Position numbers and translations under genes: made by a program
The notes under the pieces: model-generated
Database searches by the model: none
Told to the model about the DNA's origin: nothing
The model's input: only the letters and a program-made list of their open reading frames with translations
In this document: positions 29,256 through 40,197 of the stretch, piece by piece
How the letters are laid out: each line of letters begins with the position of its first letter
Numbering within the stretch: position 1 is the stretch's first letter
Origin: Candidatus Woesearchaeota archaeon CG10_big_fil_rev_8_21_14_0_10_44_13
GTDB lineage: Archaea; Nanobdellota; Nanobdellia; Woesearchaeales; UBA12501
Assembly (NCBI GenBank): GCA_002762985.1
Contig: PCXZ01000030.1
Span: 80,399 to 144,398, forward strand
DNA length: 64,000 bases
Direction of reading: 5' to 3'

Positions 29256-30479
29256 GTGTTGCTGAGAGGTGCAAAAATCACAACAGTGGATGATGTCCGT
29301 TATTTCATAGATAAGAGGAAGTGGGAAAATCATAGAGGGCCGCCTCCTGGCCATCCCTGCGCTGATCCTAAGCTGAAAAACACCGCAAAGTGCAGGAGGA
29401 CCATTGAACTCTTTAATTCTGCCGTGACATATGACATAAAGAAGAATGTGGACAGGAAAGAGAGCGTAAGATGCCTGACAGGCATGCAGAAGGCAGACCT
29501 TAAGAGGAAAGACAAGCTTAAGATACTACATATCGGCACAGGCACATTGATCCAGAATGTCTACAGGGACCTGCAGCAGAAAGACGGGAATGTGAGCCAT
29601 GTCATGGTGCATACGACGACTGCAAAAAAAGGGGGCTATGACATGAACCTGAGCATGAGCCCTTATGAGTTCGGGTGGGGCCATAACATAAAGTCTATAT
29701 TGGCGAACACATTCAACGGCAACTTCAGGGATCTGTTAAGGTATGATGTATACCACATACATCATGATGCATTCTTATTGCCCAGCAAGAAGGATATAGC
29801 GTGGCTTAAATACAAGTTCAAGAAAAAGGTCCTTCTCGACTGGAGGGGTCAGGGAGTGAGGGTCTGGGGCTTCAACTGCATCCCCTGGCTAAGCAAGATA
29901 AGGCAGATATGCTCCAGCCCTGACCTGCTTGATTTCCAGGAGTATGAGGGGCAATTCGAATGGCTTCCTTTCGGCATTGACATTGGCTATTTTAACAGGA
30001 TAAAAACAACGAGCGACGAGGATAATCCGCTGATAATGCACGCTACTGCGAACTGGAAGATAAAAGGCACGGATCATGTGCTGAAAGCTGTTGATGAGCT
30101 CAAGAAGGAAGGTTATAAGTTCAGGTTCCTGCTCAATGACAAGGTGCCTTATGAGACGACTGTAAAGAATTACGCAAAGAGTGATATAGTCGTTGATTGG
30201 ATAAATCCGATCTATGGGATATATGGGACTGTATCCATAGAGAGCATGGCCCTCGGCAAGGCATGCTGCGCATCGCTCAACCCTAAATATGACAGGTATC
30301 TGCCTGGCTGCCCTGTTGTCAACTGCAGCCCAAAAGATTTAAAAGAAAAGCTCATTTATCTCATAGAAAACCCTTCTGAAAGGAAAAGGATAGGAAAAGA
30401 GGGGAAAGAATATGTAAGGAAGATGCATGATATAAAAAAGATAAAAGACAAGTTATATGATATATATGACGAATGCTGA
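29256..30479 (+). CDS. GT4-like glycosyltransferase
   Basis: HAT....KGT, DIVVD, YGTVSIESMALGK; start uncertain. Confidence 0.75.
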   Translation: MLLRGAKITTVDDVRYFIDKRKWENHRGPPPGHPCADPKLKNTAKCRRTIELFNSAVTYDIKKNVDRKESVRCLTGMQKADLKRKDKLKILHIGTGTLIQNVYRDLQQKDGNVSHVMVHTTTAKKGGYDMNLSMSPYEFGWGHNIKSILANTFNGNFRDLLRYDVYHIHHDAFLLPSKKDIAWLKYKFKKKVLLDWRGQGVRVWGFNCIPWLSKIRQICSSPDLLDFQEYEGQFEWLPFGIDIGYFNRIKTTSDEDNPLIMHATANWKIKGTDHVLKAVDELKKEGYKFRFLLNDKVPYETTVKNYAKSDIVVDWINPIYGIYGTVSIESMALGKACCASLNPKYDRYLPGCPVVNCSPKDLKEKLIYLIENPSERKRIGKEGKEYVRKMHDIKKIKDKLYDIYDEC

Positions 30480-30901
30480 ATGATATTGCAGCTAAGGTGT
30501 TACCCATGGAAGAAAGATTCAAAAAATGGAAAAAACCGGCCATAAAAGACGGAAAACCGACAAAATGGAACTGGATAGTGAGGCACCCTGACGGTCTTGT
30601 CCTTGGGAAAAAGACAGACATAGGCGCATTCACATACATAAATGCTGCATATGGCGTTGAAATAGGGAATGATGTGCAGATAGGCTCGCACTGCTCAATA
30701 TACTCGATTAGCACTATTGACGATAAAAAAGGGAAGGTTGTACTGAAAAAAAATTGCAGGATAGGGTCCCACAGCGTGATTATGCCTGGTGTCACAATAG
30801 GCGAGAATTCAGTCATAGGCGCTTTCAGTTTTGTGAATAAAGATGTGCCTCCCGGTTGTGTCGCTTTCGGCATCCCTGCAAAAGTGAAGGGGAAAAGATG
30901 A
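30473..30901 (+). CDS. Hexapeptide-repeat acyltransferase
   Basis: IGAFTYI, IGSHSVIMPGVTIGENSVIGA, GIPAK. Confidence 0.88.
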   Translation: MLNDIAAKVLPMEERFKKWKKPAIKDGKPTKWNWIVRHPDGLVLGKKTDIGAFTYINAAYGVEIGNDVQIGSHCSIYSISTIDDKKGKVVLKKNCRIGSHSVIMPGVTIGENSVIGAFSFVNKDVPPGCVAFGIPAKVKGKR

Positions 30902-30961
30902 AGCCTGTGATGGATGAAGCGCAAATGATACCAACATATTCAAGAATGGTGAAAAGAAAAG

Positions 30962-31684
30962 GTGAGCGTCATGGATAAGATGAAGATAGTATCTATAATC
31001 CCTGCAAGGGGCGGCTCAAAAGGGATACCGAGGAAGAACATAAAGCTGCTGGCAGGAAAACCGCTGATTGCGCATACGATTGAGCAGTCTGTGAATTCAA
31101 AGCTTGTCTCGAGGACGATTGTCTCGACAGACGATAAGGAGATAGCAGACATCTCAAAAAAATACGGCGCTGAAGTGGTAATCAGGCCCGCAGAGCTCGC
31201 TGTCGACACTGCGCCTTCAGAGCCGACGATAATCCATGTCCTTGACACGCTGAAAGAGAAGGAAGGGTGGGTGCCTGATTTCGTCGTCTTCCTACAATGC
31301 ACATCCCCCCTGAGGAAGAAAAAAGACATAGACAATGCCATACAGAAGCTCATTGATGAGAAAGCCGATTCGCTGCTGAGCGTCTGCAACAATCATGCAT
31401 TCATATGGAAATTCGACAAGAATAAAGGTACTGCGGTCTCTGTCAATTATGATTATAAGCACAGGCCCAGAAGGCAGGATCGCGAGCCTGAGTACAAGGA
31501 GAACGGCTCGATATATGTGACAAGGCCTGAGATATGGAGAAAGGAGAACAACAGGCTCGGAAGGAAGATAGCCCTGCATGTCATGGAAGTTGATGACTCA
31601 TGGGAGATAGACGACCCTTTCGATTTCTGGCTGATAGAACAGGTGATCAACCACAGGAAAAAATCAGGGAATCCGGAGTATTGA
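30962..31684 (+). CDS. neuA: Acylneuraminate (nonulosonate) cytidylyltransferase, NeuA/PseF family
   Basis: IPARGGSKGIPRKN, STDD, LQCTSPLR, ENGSIY, EIDD. Confidence 0.92.
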   Translation: MSVMDKMKIVSIIPARGGSKGIPRKNIKLLAGKPLIAHTIEQSVNSKLVSRTIVSTDDKEIADISKKYGAEVVIRPAELAVDTAPSEPTIIHVLDTLKEKEGWVPDFVVFLQCTSPLRKKKDIDNAIQKLIDEKADSLLSVCNNHAFIWKFDKNKGTAVSVNYDYKHRPRRQDREPEYKENGSIYVTRPEIWRKENNRLGRKIALHVMEVDDSWEIDDPFDFWLIEQVINHRKKSGNPEY

Positions 31685-31699
31685 GGAGGTTCATCCAGA

Positions 31700-32020
31700 A
31701 TGGTGATCGTAGGCAAGGCAAAAACCAAAAAGTATGAAATAATTGAAGTAGGGATTAAGGATAAGAAGAACAGAGCAGAGATGCATGAGAAGGCAGATGA
31801 CATCTATTTTGTCCTTGGCGGTAGCGCAAGGCTTACGCTTGGCGGAAGGATTGTGAAAAAAATCAGGAAAAGCGCCGGCGAGTACCGCGGTGATAGGATA
31901 GCAGGCGGCAAGACAAGGCTGTTAAAGAAAGGTGAGATCATCTCCATCCCAAGGAGAACACCTCATATGATGGACGCCAGGAAACGCAAGATAGGGTATG
32001 TCGTTGTGAAGGTGCATTGA
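31700..32020 (+). CDS. Cupin-fold protein
   Basis: EMHEKADD.YFV..G and GE.I.IP..TPH cupin motifs. Confidence 0.75.
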   Translation: MVIVGKAKTKKYEIIEVGIKDKKNRAEMHEKADDIYFVLGGSARLTLGGRIVKKIRKSAGEYRGDRIAGGKTRLLKKGEIISIPRRTPHMMDARKRKIGYVVVKVH

Positions 32021-32107
32021 GGCTGTTTAAGGCAGGCAATCATAAACTCCCACTTAGTAGTCAATAACACAAAATTTATATATTTATTCTTTCGGCAAAT
32101 ATACAGG

Positions 32108-33244
32108 ATGACTCAAATAAATCTTTGGCAGCCCAATGATCACAGCATCTGGAGGGTAGGGTATGATCCTTTAAGTAATGATAATCCTGAGTCCAAAACA
32201 GTGGAAGATGTTGTCAACAAACATTATTCTGGGCATATATTCAAGCCTATTGAAGTGGAAAGGCTTATGGGCAAGGAAGGTGGCAGCAGCATCAATTACA
32301 AGGTCAAAGGAAAAGATGGGCCAGTCATCCACCTGAAAAACTTCCTGAGATTCAAATGCGATCCTGACCGGCTTAACAGGGAGATTGAGACACTGGATAG
32401 AGTGATAGCAGTGGCAGACCATCTCGTCGGAAGGGGCATAAAAACTTTCACATTCATAGAGGCAAAAGATGGTAGGAGATATGTACGTGAAGGCGATTCC
32501 CAATGGATGGCATCTATATTCATAGAAGGCGACCATTACAAGGGGACACTCCCTCAGCTGCAGCAGTTTGCAAAAGAGCTTGGAAGAATAGATAAAAGTA
32601 TGCAAAGTTTTCAGAATGCGATTGACAGCGAATATGTTGAAATCCCTTTCAAACCTGAAATCCTGAGGGAGCTTAAAGACCTGAATAAAAAAGCCATGTC
32701 CGAAAATCCAAGCGAGATGGATCATCTTGCGCAGACGGTCATAAATGAGATACTTGAACCCATGCTGCAGGGGATTGTTGAAGGAGTAAAAAGGTATTCA
32801 TTTGAACCGGGAATTACTGTCGGAAACATCCATCCTCATCATACTCTATATGAAGGCGATGACCTCAAAGCAGTCTCAGATCCTGAAAAAGCAAGCTTTG
32901 GTTATCCCGTTATTGAACAGATAAGTTTCAGTGCGCACAGGTTCATAAGGCAGGCGATTGTCTATATGTTCACCTGCCATGGCGTTGAACCAAACAAAGA
33001 AGAGATAAAAAGGCTTATGGACGGCTTCATTAAAGGTTATATCAAGGAGAATAATCTGTCAGCCAAAGAGATTGAAGCGATCCCATTGATGATAGCAAAA
33101 ACAAATGCCCACAAGGCATTGAGGATTCTCCAGTATCATTATGGCCTTGAAATAGACACAATGGGGAGGCCCGTGGAAAAGCTGCAGTCTGAGCTTTACA
33201 AATTCGCTACCCATATCCGTGAAGCAGAACATTTTAAGGTCTAA
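32108..33244 (+). CDS. Aminoglycoside-phosphotransferase/homoserine kinase II-like protein with degenerate catalytic loop
   Basis: S.NYKV...LK, FIEG, LGRI, VGNIHPHHTL and DPE in place of HGD...N and DFE. Confidence 0.55.
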   Translation: MTQINLWQPNDHSIWRVGYDPLSNDNPESKTVEDVVNKHYSGHIFKPIEVERLMGKEGGSSINYKVKGKDGPVIHLKNFLRFKCDPDRLNREIETLDRVIAVADHLVGRGIKTFTFIEAKDGRRYVREGDSQWMASIFIEGDHYKGTLPQLQQFAKELGRIDKSMQSFQNAIDSEYVEIPFKPEILRELKDLNKKAMSENPSEMDHLAQTVINEILEPMLQGIVEGVKRYSFEPGITVGNIHPHHTLYEGDDLKAVSDPEKASFGYPVIEQISFSAHRFIRQAIVYMFTCHGVEPNKEEIKRLMDGFIKGYIKENNLSAKEIEAIPLMIAKTNAHKALRILQYHYGLEIDTMGRPVEKLQSELYKFATHIREAEHFKV

Positions 33245-33284
33245 AAAACAAACTTTATAAACATCAAGATTGTCGAGTTTTCTT

Positions 33285-34334
33285 ATGACGCATAAAACCA
33301 TTAAAATAGGGGGTAAGCTTGTAGGAGAAGGCCAGCCTGTATTCATAATAGGGGATATAGGCATAAACCACCAGGGAGACATAAAGATAGCGAAGAAGCT
33401 CATAGATGTGGCATGCCTTGCAGAGATAGACTGCGTCAAGTTCCAGAAGAGGAATGCAAAGAAGATGCTAACCAGGGCAGGCCTTGAAAAGCCTTATGAA
33501 GGCCCTCATTCTTTCGGAAAGATTTATGGCGAGCATAGGGATGCCCTTGAGCTGAGCGAAAATGATTACAAGGAGCTCAAGAGATACTGCGATGAGAAAG
33601 GGATCATGATGTCTGCAAGCGTCTGGGATGAGGACAGCGCTGAATTCATAAACAGCCTTGGCGTCCCGTGCGTGAAGATAGGGTCAGGCGACATGACTAA
33701 CCTGCCTATGCTTGAGAAGGTCGCAAAATTCGGCAAACCCATATTCTTATCGACAGGCATGGCGACAATGGAGGAGATTGAAGAATCAGTGAGGCACATA
33801 GAGAAATGGAACAAGCAGATAATACTCCTGCACTGCGTATCGACATATCCTTCAAAATTCGAAGAACTTAATCTGAGAGCCATGGAATCCCTGAAAAAGT
33901 TCGGATATCCTGTAGGCTACTCGGGCCATGAATTGGGCATAGCGATAAGCCTTGCTGTTGCAGTGATGGGTGCATGCGTCGTCGAGAGGCACTTCACGCT
34001 TGACAGGACCATGAAAGGAGGGGACCATGCTGCAAGCCTTGAGCCTGAAGGCCTTAGGAAGCTTGTGAGGGACATACGGGCATGGGAAAAATCCCTCGGC
34101 TCGGGAAAGAAGGCTGTGCTCGACTCAGAAAAACCTATCGCTCTGAAGCTCAGGAAGAGCATTGCCTCGACAAGGGCCATAAAGAAAGGGACTGTGATAA
34201 CGAAAGAGATGCTCACAACAAAAAGCCCAGGTGACGGCCTTGCGCCGAAATATTACTACACCCTACCGGGAAAGAAGGCAGCAAGAGACATTCCTGAAGA
34301 TGTGACCATCAAGAAAGAAGATATAGAATGGTGA
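33285..34334 (+). CDS. neuB: N-acetylneuraminate/nonulosonate synthase with C-terminal SAF domain
   Basis: IGINHQG, KFQKR, KIGS.D, LSTGM, HCVSTYP, GYSGHE, ERHFTLD, DH.ASLEP. Confidence 0.93.
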   Translation: MTHKTIKIGGKLVGEGQPVFIIGDIGINHQGDIKIAKKLIDVACLAEIDCVKFQKRNAKKMLTRAGLEKPYEGPHSFGKIYGEHRDALELSENDYKELKRYCDEKGIMMSASVWDEDSAEFINSLGVPCVKIGSGDMTNLPMLEKVAKFGKPIFLSTGMATMEEIEESVRHIEKWNKQIILLHCVSTYPSKFEELNLRAMESLKKFGYPVGYSGHELGIAISLAVAVMGACVVERHFTLDRTMKGGDHAASLEPEGLRKLVRDIRAWEKSLGSGKKAVLDSEKPIALKLRKSIASTRAIKKGTVITKEMLTTKSPGDGLAPKYYYTLPGKKAARDIPEDVTIKKEDIEW

Positions 34335-34414
34335 GCATTGGATAGATTAAGTTATTCTTAAACATTAAAAATGTATATTAAATATTTTTCTTGAACTTAT
34401 AAGATATTACATTG

Positions 34415-35911
34415 TCATAATGATGATTTGATGAGGTCTTTAATCTCTTTTATATCTACTATCCTGAAAAGAAGCACGGTTATTATATAGAATATGCCTG
34501 CTGCAATAGAGCATATGAAGAACTCAGCCATGTCGCTGTAAGAGAGGTTTCTTTTGATAACCCAAACTGCTGCAATGAAGCTCATCCCTGCGATAAAGCT
34601 CTTCGCCCATGCCCAATATGGGATTTTTACGTCGATAAAATGCCTTATTTTCGCTGAAGACCAGATGAGGATTATGAGGTAGCTGAATAATGTCGTTGAT
34701 GCTGCTGCTATGATCCCGAATTTAGGTATGAATAGTATGTTAAGGACCAGATTGACCAAAGAAGCTACGATGATAATCTTTGTGCTCTCCCTGGGCTTGC
34801 CTATCCCTGAAAGGATATTGTTGTTTATGAAGCCGACATTGTAAAGGACCATTCCTATCGACAGGATCTGCAATGCTATGCTTCCGTTCACATAAGCCTG
34901 CCCGAAAAAGAATTTTATGATGAGCTTTGGGAAGGATATCATCACCATTGCCAGAGGCATTATCATCACAAAAGAGTATTTATGAAGGAGGGTTATCCCT
35001 ATCTTCAGCTTGTCTATCCTTCTCTTGGCCCAGAGCTCTGAGCTCAATGGCAGAAGGACTATCGCAAGGGAATTGGTGAAGTAGAGCAATAGCTTTGATG
35101 TTGGTATGGCTACATTATACCATCCTACCTCCTCGAGAGGCCTGAAATATGTCAGCACTAATGTATCTGTATAAGACAGTATGTACAGGCCAAAGAGACC
35201 CACAGTGAAGGAAAGCCCGAAATGCAAAAGTTTTTTCGAGAGATCAAAAGTGATCCTTGTTTTTGTCTTCAGGAACAATGGCCATGCCTTCAAAAAGAGA
35301 GGGATATATATCACGAAGAGGATGGCCTGTGAAAATAAGTAGGCTATCGAAGGCGATGCTGCTGTCTTGTCATAGATGAAAAGCACGTAAGTGGCAGAGA
35401 TTATCAATAACATCCTCAAAAACTCGTCGAGGGACAGGTAAACCATCTTCTGGAAGCCCTGTAGGGAGTAGATAAGGACCCGTTCCAGGGGCATTATGAA
35501 GAACATGAGCGCGAATATCCTTATGAAAAGGGAAGCAGAAGGCTCTTTGAAAAAGTTTATTGCGAGATAATCTGAAAGCAGGAATAGGATTGAGGAGATT
35601 ATGAAGGAACATACGAGCTGGAATCCCATCACAAAAACTATCGAACTCTTTATCTGCTGGTATTTCTTCTTTACATTGAACTCAGCTATATGTTTCACAA
35701 GAGCAGAACCGAGGCCGAAATCCCTGAATATGGCCATGAAACCGAATAATGAGAAGATTGAATAGAAAAGCCCGTATTCTGCGGGCGTAAGATTCCTTGC
35801 GAGCAATAGGCGCAGCAGATAGGCCAAAAAGGCGGCCAGCATGGACATTATGAATATGATCGCGCTTGAACGCACTGCCTTCTTCGTGTAGTGTGTTTTT
35901 TCCTTTCTCAT
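34415..35911 (-). CDS. Oligosaccharide flippase (Wzx/RfbX, MOP superfamily)
   Basis: LARNL...EYG, DFGL, D.LVL, VGWYNVA, LNILFIPKFG; about 14 TM. Confidence 0.9.
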   Translation of the reverse strand: MRKEKTHYTKKAVRSSAIIFIMSMLAAFLAYLLRLLLARNLTPAEYGLFYSIFSLFGFMAIFRDFGLGSALVKHIAEFNVKKKYQQIKSSIVFVMGFQLVCSFIISSILFLLSDYLAINFFKEPSASLFIRIFALMFFIMPLERVLIYSLQGFQKMVYLSLDEFLRMLLIISATYVLFIYDKTAASPSIAYLFSQAILFVIYIPLFLKAWPLFLKTKTRITFDLSKKLLHFGLSFTVGLFGLYILSYTDTLVLTYFRPLEEVGWYNVAIPTSKLLLYFTNSLAIVLLPLSSELWAKRRIDKLKIGITLLHKYSFVMIMPLAMVMISFPKLIIKFFFGQAYVNGSIALQILSIGMVLYNVGFINNNILSGIGKPRESTKIIIVASLVNLVLNILFIPKFGIIAAASTTLFSYLIILIWSSAKIRHFIDVKIPYWAWAKSFIAGMSFIAAVWVIKRNLSYSDMAEFFICSIAAGIFYIITVLLFRIVDIKEIKDLIKSSL

Positions 35912-35956
35912 TTCATGGCTCCAGACAGATGATAAGATATCATAAAAAGATAAATT

Positions 35957-37144
35957 TCACTTTATGACCTTCCTTATCTCTGATGCATTCTCATGTATGC
36001 TTCTTACGCATGCTGAGACTTTCTTCACATCCTCGACGCTTAGATGGGAATATAGAGGAAGGCTCAAGACTTTTCTTGATACGTCGTTTGTCACAGGCAG
36101 CTTCGCATTGTAATGCCTGAACATGCCCCCATAACAAGGCTGCTCATGCAGAGGGGGATAGAAATATTTCCTTGCGATTATGTTCTCCTTTGCCAGCGCC
36201 TCAGCCAGCCTGTCCCTGTCAAGGCCGAACTCTTTTTCATCGATATATATCGAGAAATCCTTGAATGTGCTCCTCACTCCTTCCCTTATCTTCTGGTATT
36301 TTATGCCGGGGGTTCCCTTAAGCTCTTTCTTATAGATGTCTGCTAGCTTATTCCTGTTCAGGACATTCTTCTCTACCATCTGCAATGTCCTCAGGCCCAA
36401 AAGCCCGTTTATCTCGCTCATCCTTGCGCTCAATCCCCCATATTCGCATACAAGGGTGCCATTGTCGCCGTAAGTCCTGCCCAGCTTCATGAGCCTGGCT
36501 GTCTCATCATCATTTGTAGTTACCATACCTCCTTCTGCTGCAGTCACAAGCTTTGTAGGGCTCAGGCTGAAGCTTTCTGCATCGCCGAAATTGCCAACAT
36601 ACTCCTTTCCGACTTTTGAGCCGAATGCGTGGGCAGCGTCATAGATAAGCCTGAGATTATTGTCCCTTGCAATCTCACCAAGGGCTTTCACATCGCAAGG
36701 ATGCCCGAACAAGTGCACTCCGAGTATAAGGGAAGTTTTATCTGTGATTGCCTCATTGACAAGTTCAGGGTCAATCAGATAGCTTTCCGGGTCGACATCG
36801 ACGAACACTGGCTTTAGATTATTCCATATGACTGAATGGCCTGTGGCAGAGAATGTAAAGCTTGGGAGTATGACCTCACCTTTCAGCTTCATGGCTTTCA
36901 TCAGGAGCATCAGGCCTGAGGTGCATGAAGACAGCGCAACTGCATTTTTCACGCCTAAGACTGATCTTGTCTCTTTCTCGAATTCTGCGACATAAGTGCT
37001 GTTTGTTATCATTCCGCTTTCGAGTATCTTCCTTATACCCACAATGAGCCTGCTGAACTCAGGCATTGTCGGTTTTGTTATAGGCAGGATCTCGCTGAAT
37101 GCTGCCTTGCCGCCAAGAATCGCAGGTTTTTGTCCTTTAGCCAT
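35957..37144 (-). CDS. DegT/DnrJ/EryC1/StrS sugar aminotransferase
   Basis: SSCT.GL, DAAHAFG, FSLSPTK, EGG. Confidence 0.92.
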   Translation of the reverse strand: MAKGQKPAILGGKAAFSEILPITKPTMPEFSRLIVGIRKILESGMITNSTYVAEFEKETRSVLGVKNAVALSSCTSGLMLLMKAMKLKGEVILPSFTFSATGHSVIWNNLKPVFVDVDPESYLIDPELVNEAITDKTSLILGVHLFGHPCDVKALGEIARDNNLRLIYDAAHAFGSKVGKEYVGNFGDAESFSLSPTKLVTAAEGGMVTTNDDETARLMKLGRTYGDNGTLVCEYGGLSARMSEINGLLGLRTLQMVEKNVLNRNKLADIYKKELKGTPGIKYQKIREGVRSTFKDFSIYIDEKEFGLDRDRLAEALAKENIIARKYFYPPLHEQPCYGGMFRHYNAKLPVTNDVSRKVLSLPLYSHLSVEDVKKVSACVRSIHENASEIRKVIK

Positions 37145-37229
37145 TGTTTTCCCCTCAGTTTTTGTTTTTTGGATTTTTCTGTTTTTGGATTTTCTTGAAA
37201 TTTGGTATGATCCGACATCTGATTGATAC

Positions 37230-38234
37230 CTAATCCGGCCTGTAATTGTAATATCTCCTCTGGTTTATGTCACCGAATCTGTTGTTCTTGACAGCATCCA
37301 TTATCTCTTTTATGCCGTCTTTTGCGCTTTTTGTTGTCTTGAAGCCCAAGGCAGCGATCTTGTCAAAGACGACATTATATGTCCTTTTGTCTTTTATCTC
37401 CTCAATATATGTCACCTTTACGTCGGGGACCATCTTCTCAAACATCGCACCCAGGTCCTTAAGCCTGTAGTTCTCCCTGTCAGAACCGACATTGAATGTC
37501 TGTCCGCATACATTGTCTTCGGGCTGTTCAATCATGAATCTGAATGCATTCGCGACATCAGAGACATGCACCAATGGCCTCCACTGGTCTCCTCCGAAAA
37601 TATTTATGTTCTTTTCCAGTACGGCCCTCTGGGACAGGTAATTAACGACAAGGTCAAACCTCATCCTTGGCGAAAGCCCATAGATTGTTGCCAGCCTGAG
37701 TATGACAGGGCAGAAGTTCTTGTCCTTGTTCTCAAGCATGAATCTCTCAGAATCTATCTTTGTCTCAGCATATACTGAGACAGGATTGAGCTCTGAAGTC
37801 TCGTCCAGCTTTCCTGTAGGGCTTGAGCCATACACTGAACAGCTTGATGCGAAGACGAGCCTCTTCACGCCTGATTTTTTGCATAGCTCCACAATCTTCT
37901 TTGTCGCAAGATAATTCGTCCCTACAGCACGGTTTATATCAACCGAACAAGCCGGATCGCCTACAATTGCTGCAAGATGCACTACTGCTGCAACATCATC
38001 CTTTATGGCTTTTTTCAGGTCATCATCAGACCTTATGTCTCCTTCGATTATATCCAGCCCCGGGTTGCCCCTGACCTCATCAAGGGTTTCCCTGTTGAAC
38101 AGGAATTTATCAATGACCCTGACTTTATATCCTGATTTCAATAATATCCTCACAAGGATAGAGCCTATATAACCTGCGCCGCCTGTGACAAGGACGAACT
38201 TGTTTTTGTATTTAGTCTTATCTTTATTGTCCAT
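37230..38234 (-). CDS. NAD-dependent nucleotide-sugar epimerase/dehydratase
   Basis: TGGAGYIG, HLAAIVGDPAC, YAETK, RFDLVVN. Confidence 0.88.
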   Translation of the reverse strand: MDNKDKTKYKNKFVLVTGGAGYIGSILVRILLKSGYKVRVIDKFLFNRETLDEVRGNPGLDIIEGDIRSDDDLKKAIKDDVAAVVHLAAIVGDPACSVDINRAVGTNYLATKKIVELCKKSGVKRLVFASSCSVYGSSPTGKLDETSELNPVSVYAETKIDSERFMLENKDKNFCPVILRLATIYGLSPRMRFDLVVNYLSQRAVLEKNINIFGGDQWRPLVHVSDVANAFRFMIEQPEDNVCGQTFNVGSDRENYRLKDLGAMFEKMVPDVKVTYIEEIKDKRTYNVVFDKIAALGFKTTKSAKDGIKEIMDAVKNNRFGDINQRRYYNYRPD

Positions 38235-39198
38235 TTTTGCCACCCATATTTTTGCCGCCTATGGCAGAATTGAACCATTCTGCTGTCTTTTTTATGCCTT
38301 CTGACAGCACCACCCCGGGCTTCCAACCGAGTTCTTTCTTCGCAAGGCCAGCATAGAGGTAAATCCTGTAGACCTCACCTGGTATCGCCTGGCCATGTCT
38401 TGCGTCGATGCCGGATTTTGTCGCCTTCTTTATCTCAGAGTATATCTGATTGACTGATGTTTCCTTTCCGAAACCTATGTTGAATATCCTGCTTTTAGTG
38501 CTTTTCTCAAGCGCGAGAAGATTTGCTCTTGCGACATCGCCTACATAGACGAAATCCCTTGTTTGCCTGCCATCCCCGTTTATTACAGGGACCTGCCCTT
38601 TTGATATCCTGTCCAGGAATATGGAGATCACGCCTGCTTCGCCCTTGGGATCCTGCCTCGGGCCGTAGACATTCGCATACCTCAATATTGTGTAATCTAT
38701 CCTGTAAAGGAAATTGTAAAGGAAAAAATACTGCTCTGCAGCATATTTAGAGGCCCCGTAAGGGCATATCGGGTGGACAGGATGCTTTTCGTCGCATGGC
38801 ATATACTCCGGCTCCCCATAACAGGCTCCGCCTGAGCTTGAATACAATATCTTTTTTACGCCTGATCTTCTGCAGCATTCAAGGACATTTATTGTGCCTA
38901 TCACATTCGAGTTCGCATCGAACATCGGGTCTTCTACTGATTTCCTGACATTTATCTGAGCTGCCTCATGTATCACAAAATCGGGCTTCTCTTTCTCAAA
39001 GACATCCTTAAGCCCCTGGCCCGTTATATCGACATCGTAGAATTTCGCCTTCTTGCTTATGTTCTCTTTGTTCCCTGTCACAAGATTATCTACAATGACG
39101 ACATCATATCCTTTTTCGATCAGCAGATCCACTATGTTGCTGCCTATGAAGCCTGCGCCGCCTGTGACAAGCACTTTCCCTTTGGTTTTTGCCATCAT
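38224..39198 (-). CDS. galE: UDP-glucose 4-epimerase-like SDR
   Basis: [40 protein letters not shown]. Confidence 0.8.
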   Translation of the reverse strand: MMAKTKGKVLVTGGAGFIGSNIVDLLIEKGYDVVIVDNLVTGNKENISKKAKFYDVDITGQGLKDVFEKEKPDFVIHEAAQINVRKSVEDPMFDANSNVIGTINVLECCRRSGVKKILYSSSGGACYGEPEYMPCDEKHPVHPICPYGASKYAAEQYFFLYNFLYRIDYTILRYANVYGPRQDPKGEAGVISIFLDRISKGQVPVINGDGRQTRDFVYVGDVARANLLALEKSTKSRIFNIGFGKETSVNQIYSEIKKATKSGIDARHGQAIPGEVYRIYLYAGLAKKELGWKPGVVLSEGIKKTAEWFNSAIGGKNMGGKNGQ

Positions 39199-39213
39199 CT
39201 CATCCCCTTGGAA

Positions 39214-40197
39214 TCATTTTTTTGGATTATTCTTGAAATATTCTATTGTTTTCCCGAGCCCTTCGTCAAGGCCTATCTTGGGCTCCCAGCCGAGCTCTTT
39301 TCTCGCCTTTGTTATGTCCGGCTGCCTTATCTTTGGGTCATCAACAGGCAATGGCTTGAATGTTATCCTGCTTCTTGAGCCTGTGATACTGACTATCTTC
39401 TCCGCAAAATCGATCACCTTCATCTCGTTAGGGTTGCCTATGTTCACTGGATCGTTTATCTTTGACAGAGCGAGCCTGTAAATGCCATCTACAAGGTCAG
39501 TGACATAGCAGAATGACCTTGTCTGGGAGCCGTCGCCAAAAACCGTCAATGGCTTCCCTGCCAAGGCCTGCGTAATGAATGCAGGTACAACACGCCCGTC
39601 ATCAAGCCTCATCCTCGGGCCATAAGTATTGAATATCCTGACTATCTTCGTATCAAGCCTGTAAAACCTGTGGTAAGCCATTGTCAATGCCTCTGAAAAA
39701 CGTTTGGCCTCGTCATAACAGCCCCTCGGGCCAACAGGATTGACATTGCCCCAGTATGTCTCAGGCTGAGGATGCACCAAAGGATCACCATAGACCTCTG
39801 ATGTGCTTGCAAGAAGGAAAACCGCTTTTTTCTTTTTTGCCAGTTCCAATACATTATAAGTGCCAAAAGACCCTATCTCTAGGATTTTTATCGGCATCTT
39901 GACAAAATCAATGGGCGAAGGAGGGCATGCAAGATGCAATACATAGTCTATCTTCTCGTCAATATCAAAAGGCTTGACTACATCCTGCTCAATGAACCTG
40001 AAATCTTTGTTTTTCTTCAGGTGCCCTATGTTCTTCGGGCTGCTTGTGAGGAAATTATCCACGCATATGACCCTGTTGCCCTTGTCGAGAAGGAATTCGC
40101 AGAAATGACTGCCTATGAAGCCTGCGCCGCCAGTTATCAAGAATGTTTTCATGTTATCGTCGCCCGTCATCCTTCTTTTTTTACCTTCCGACACCAT
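39214..40197 (-). CDS. UDP-glucuronate decarboxylase (UDP-xylose synthase)
   Basis: [50 protein letters not shown]. Confidence 0.92.
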   Translation of the reverse strand: MVSEGKKRRMTGDDNMKTFLITGGAGFIGSHFCEFLLDKGNRVICVDNFLTSSPKNIGHLKKNKDFRFIEQDVVKPFDIDEKIDYVLHLACPPSPIDFVKMPIKILEIGSFGTYNVLELAKKKKAVFLLASTSEVYGDPLVHPQPETYWGNVNPVGPRGCYDEAKRFSEALTMAYHRFYRLDTKIVRIFNTYGPRMRLDDGRVVPAFITQALAGKPLTVFGDGSQTRSFCYVTDLVDGIYRLALSKINDPVNIGNPNEMKVIDFAEKIVSITGSRSRITFKPLPVDDPKIRQPDITKARKELGWEPKIGLDEGLGKTIEYFKNNPKK

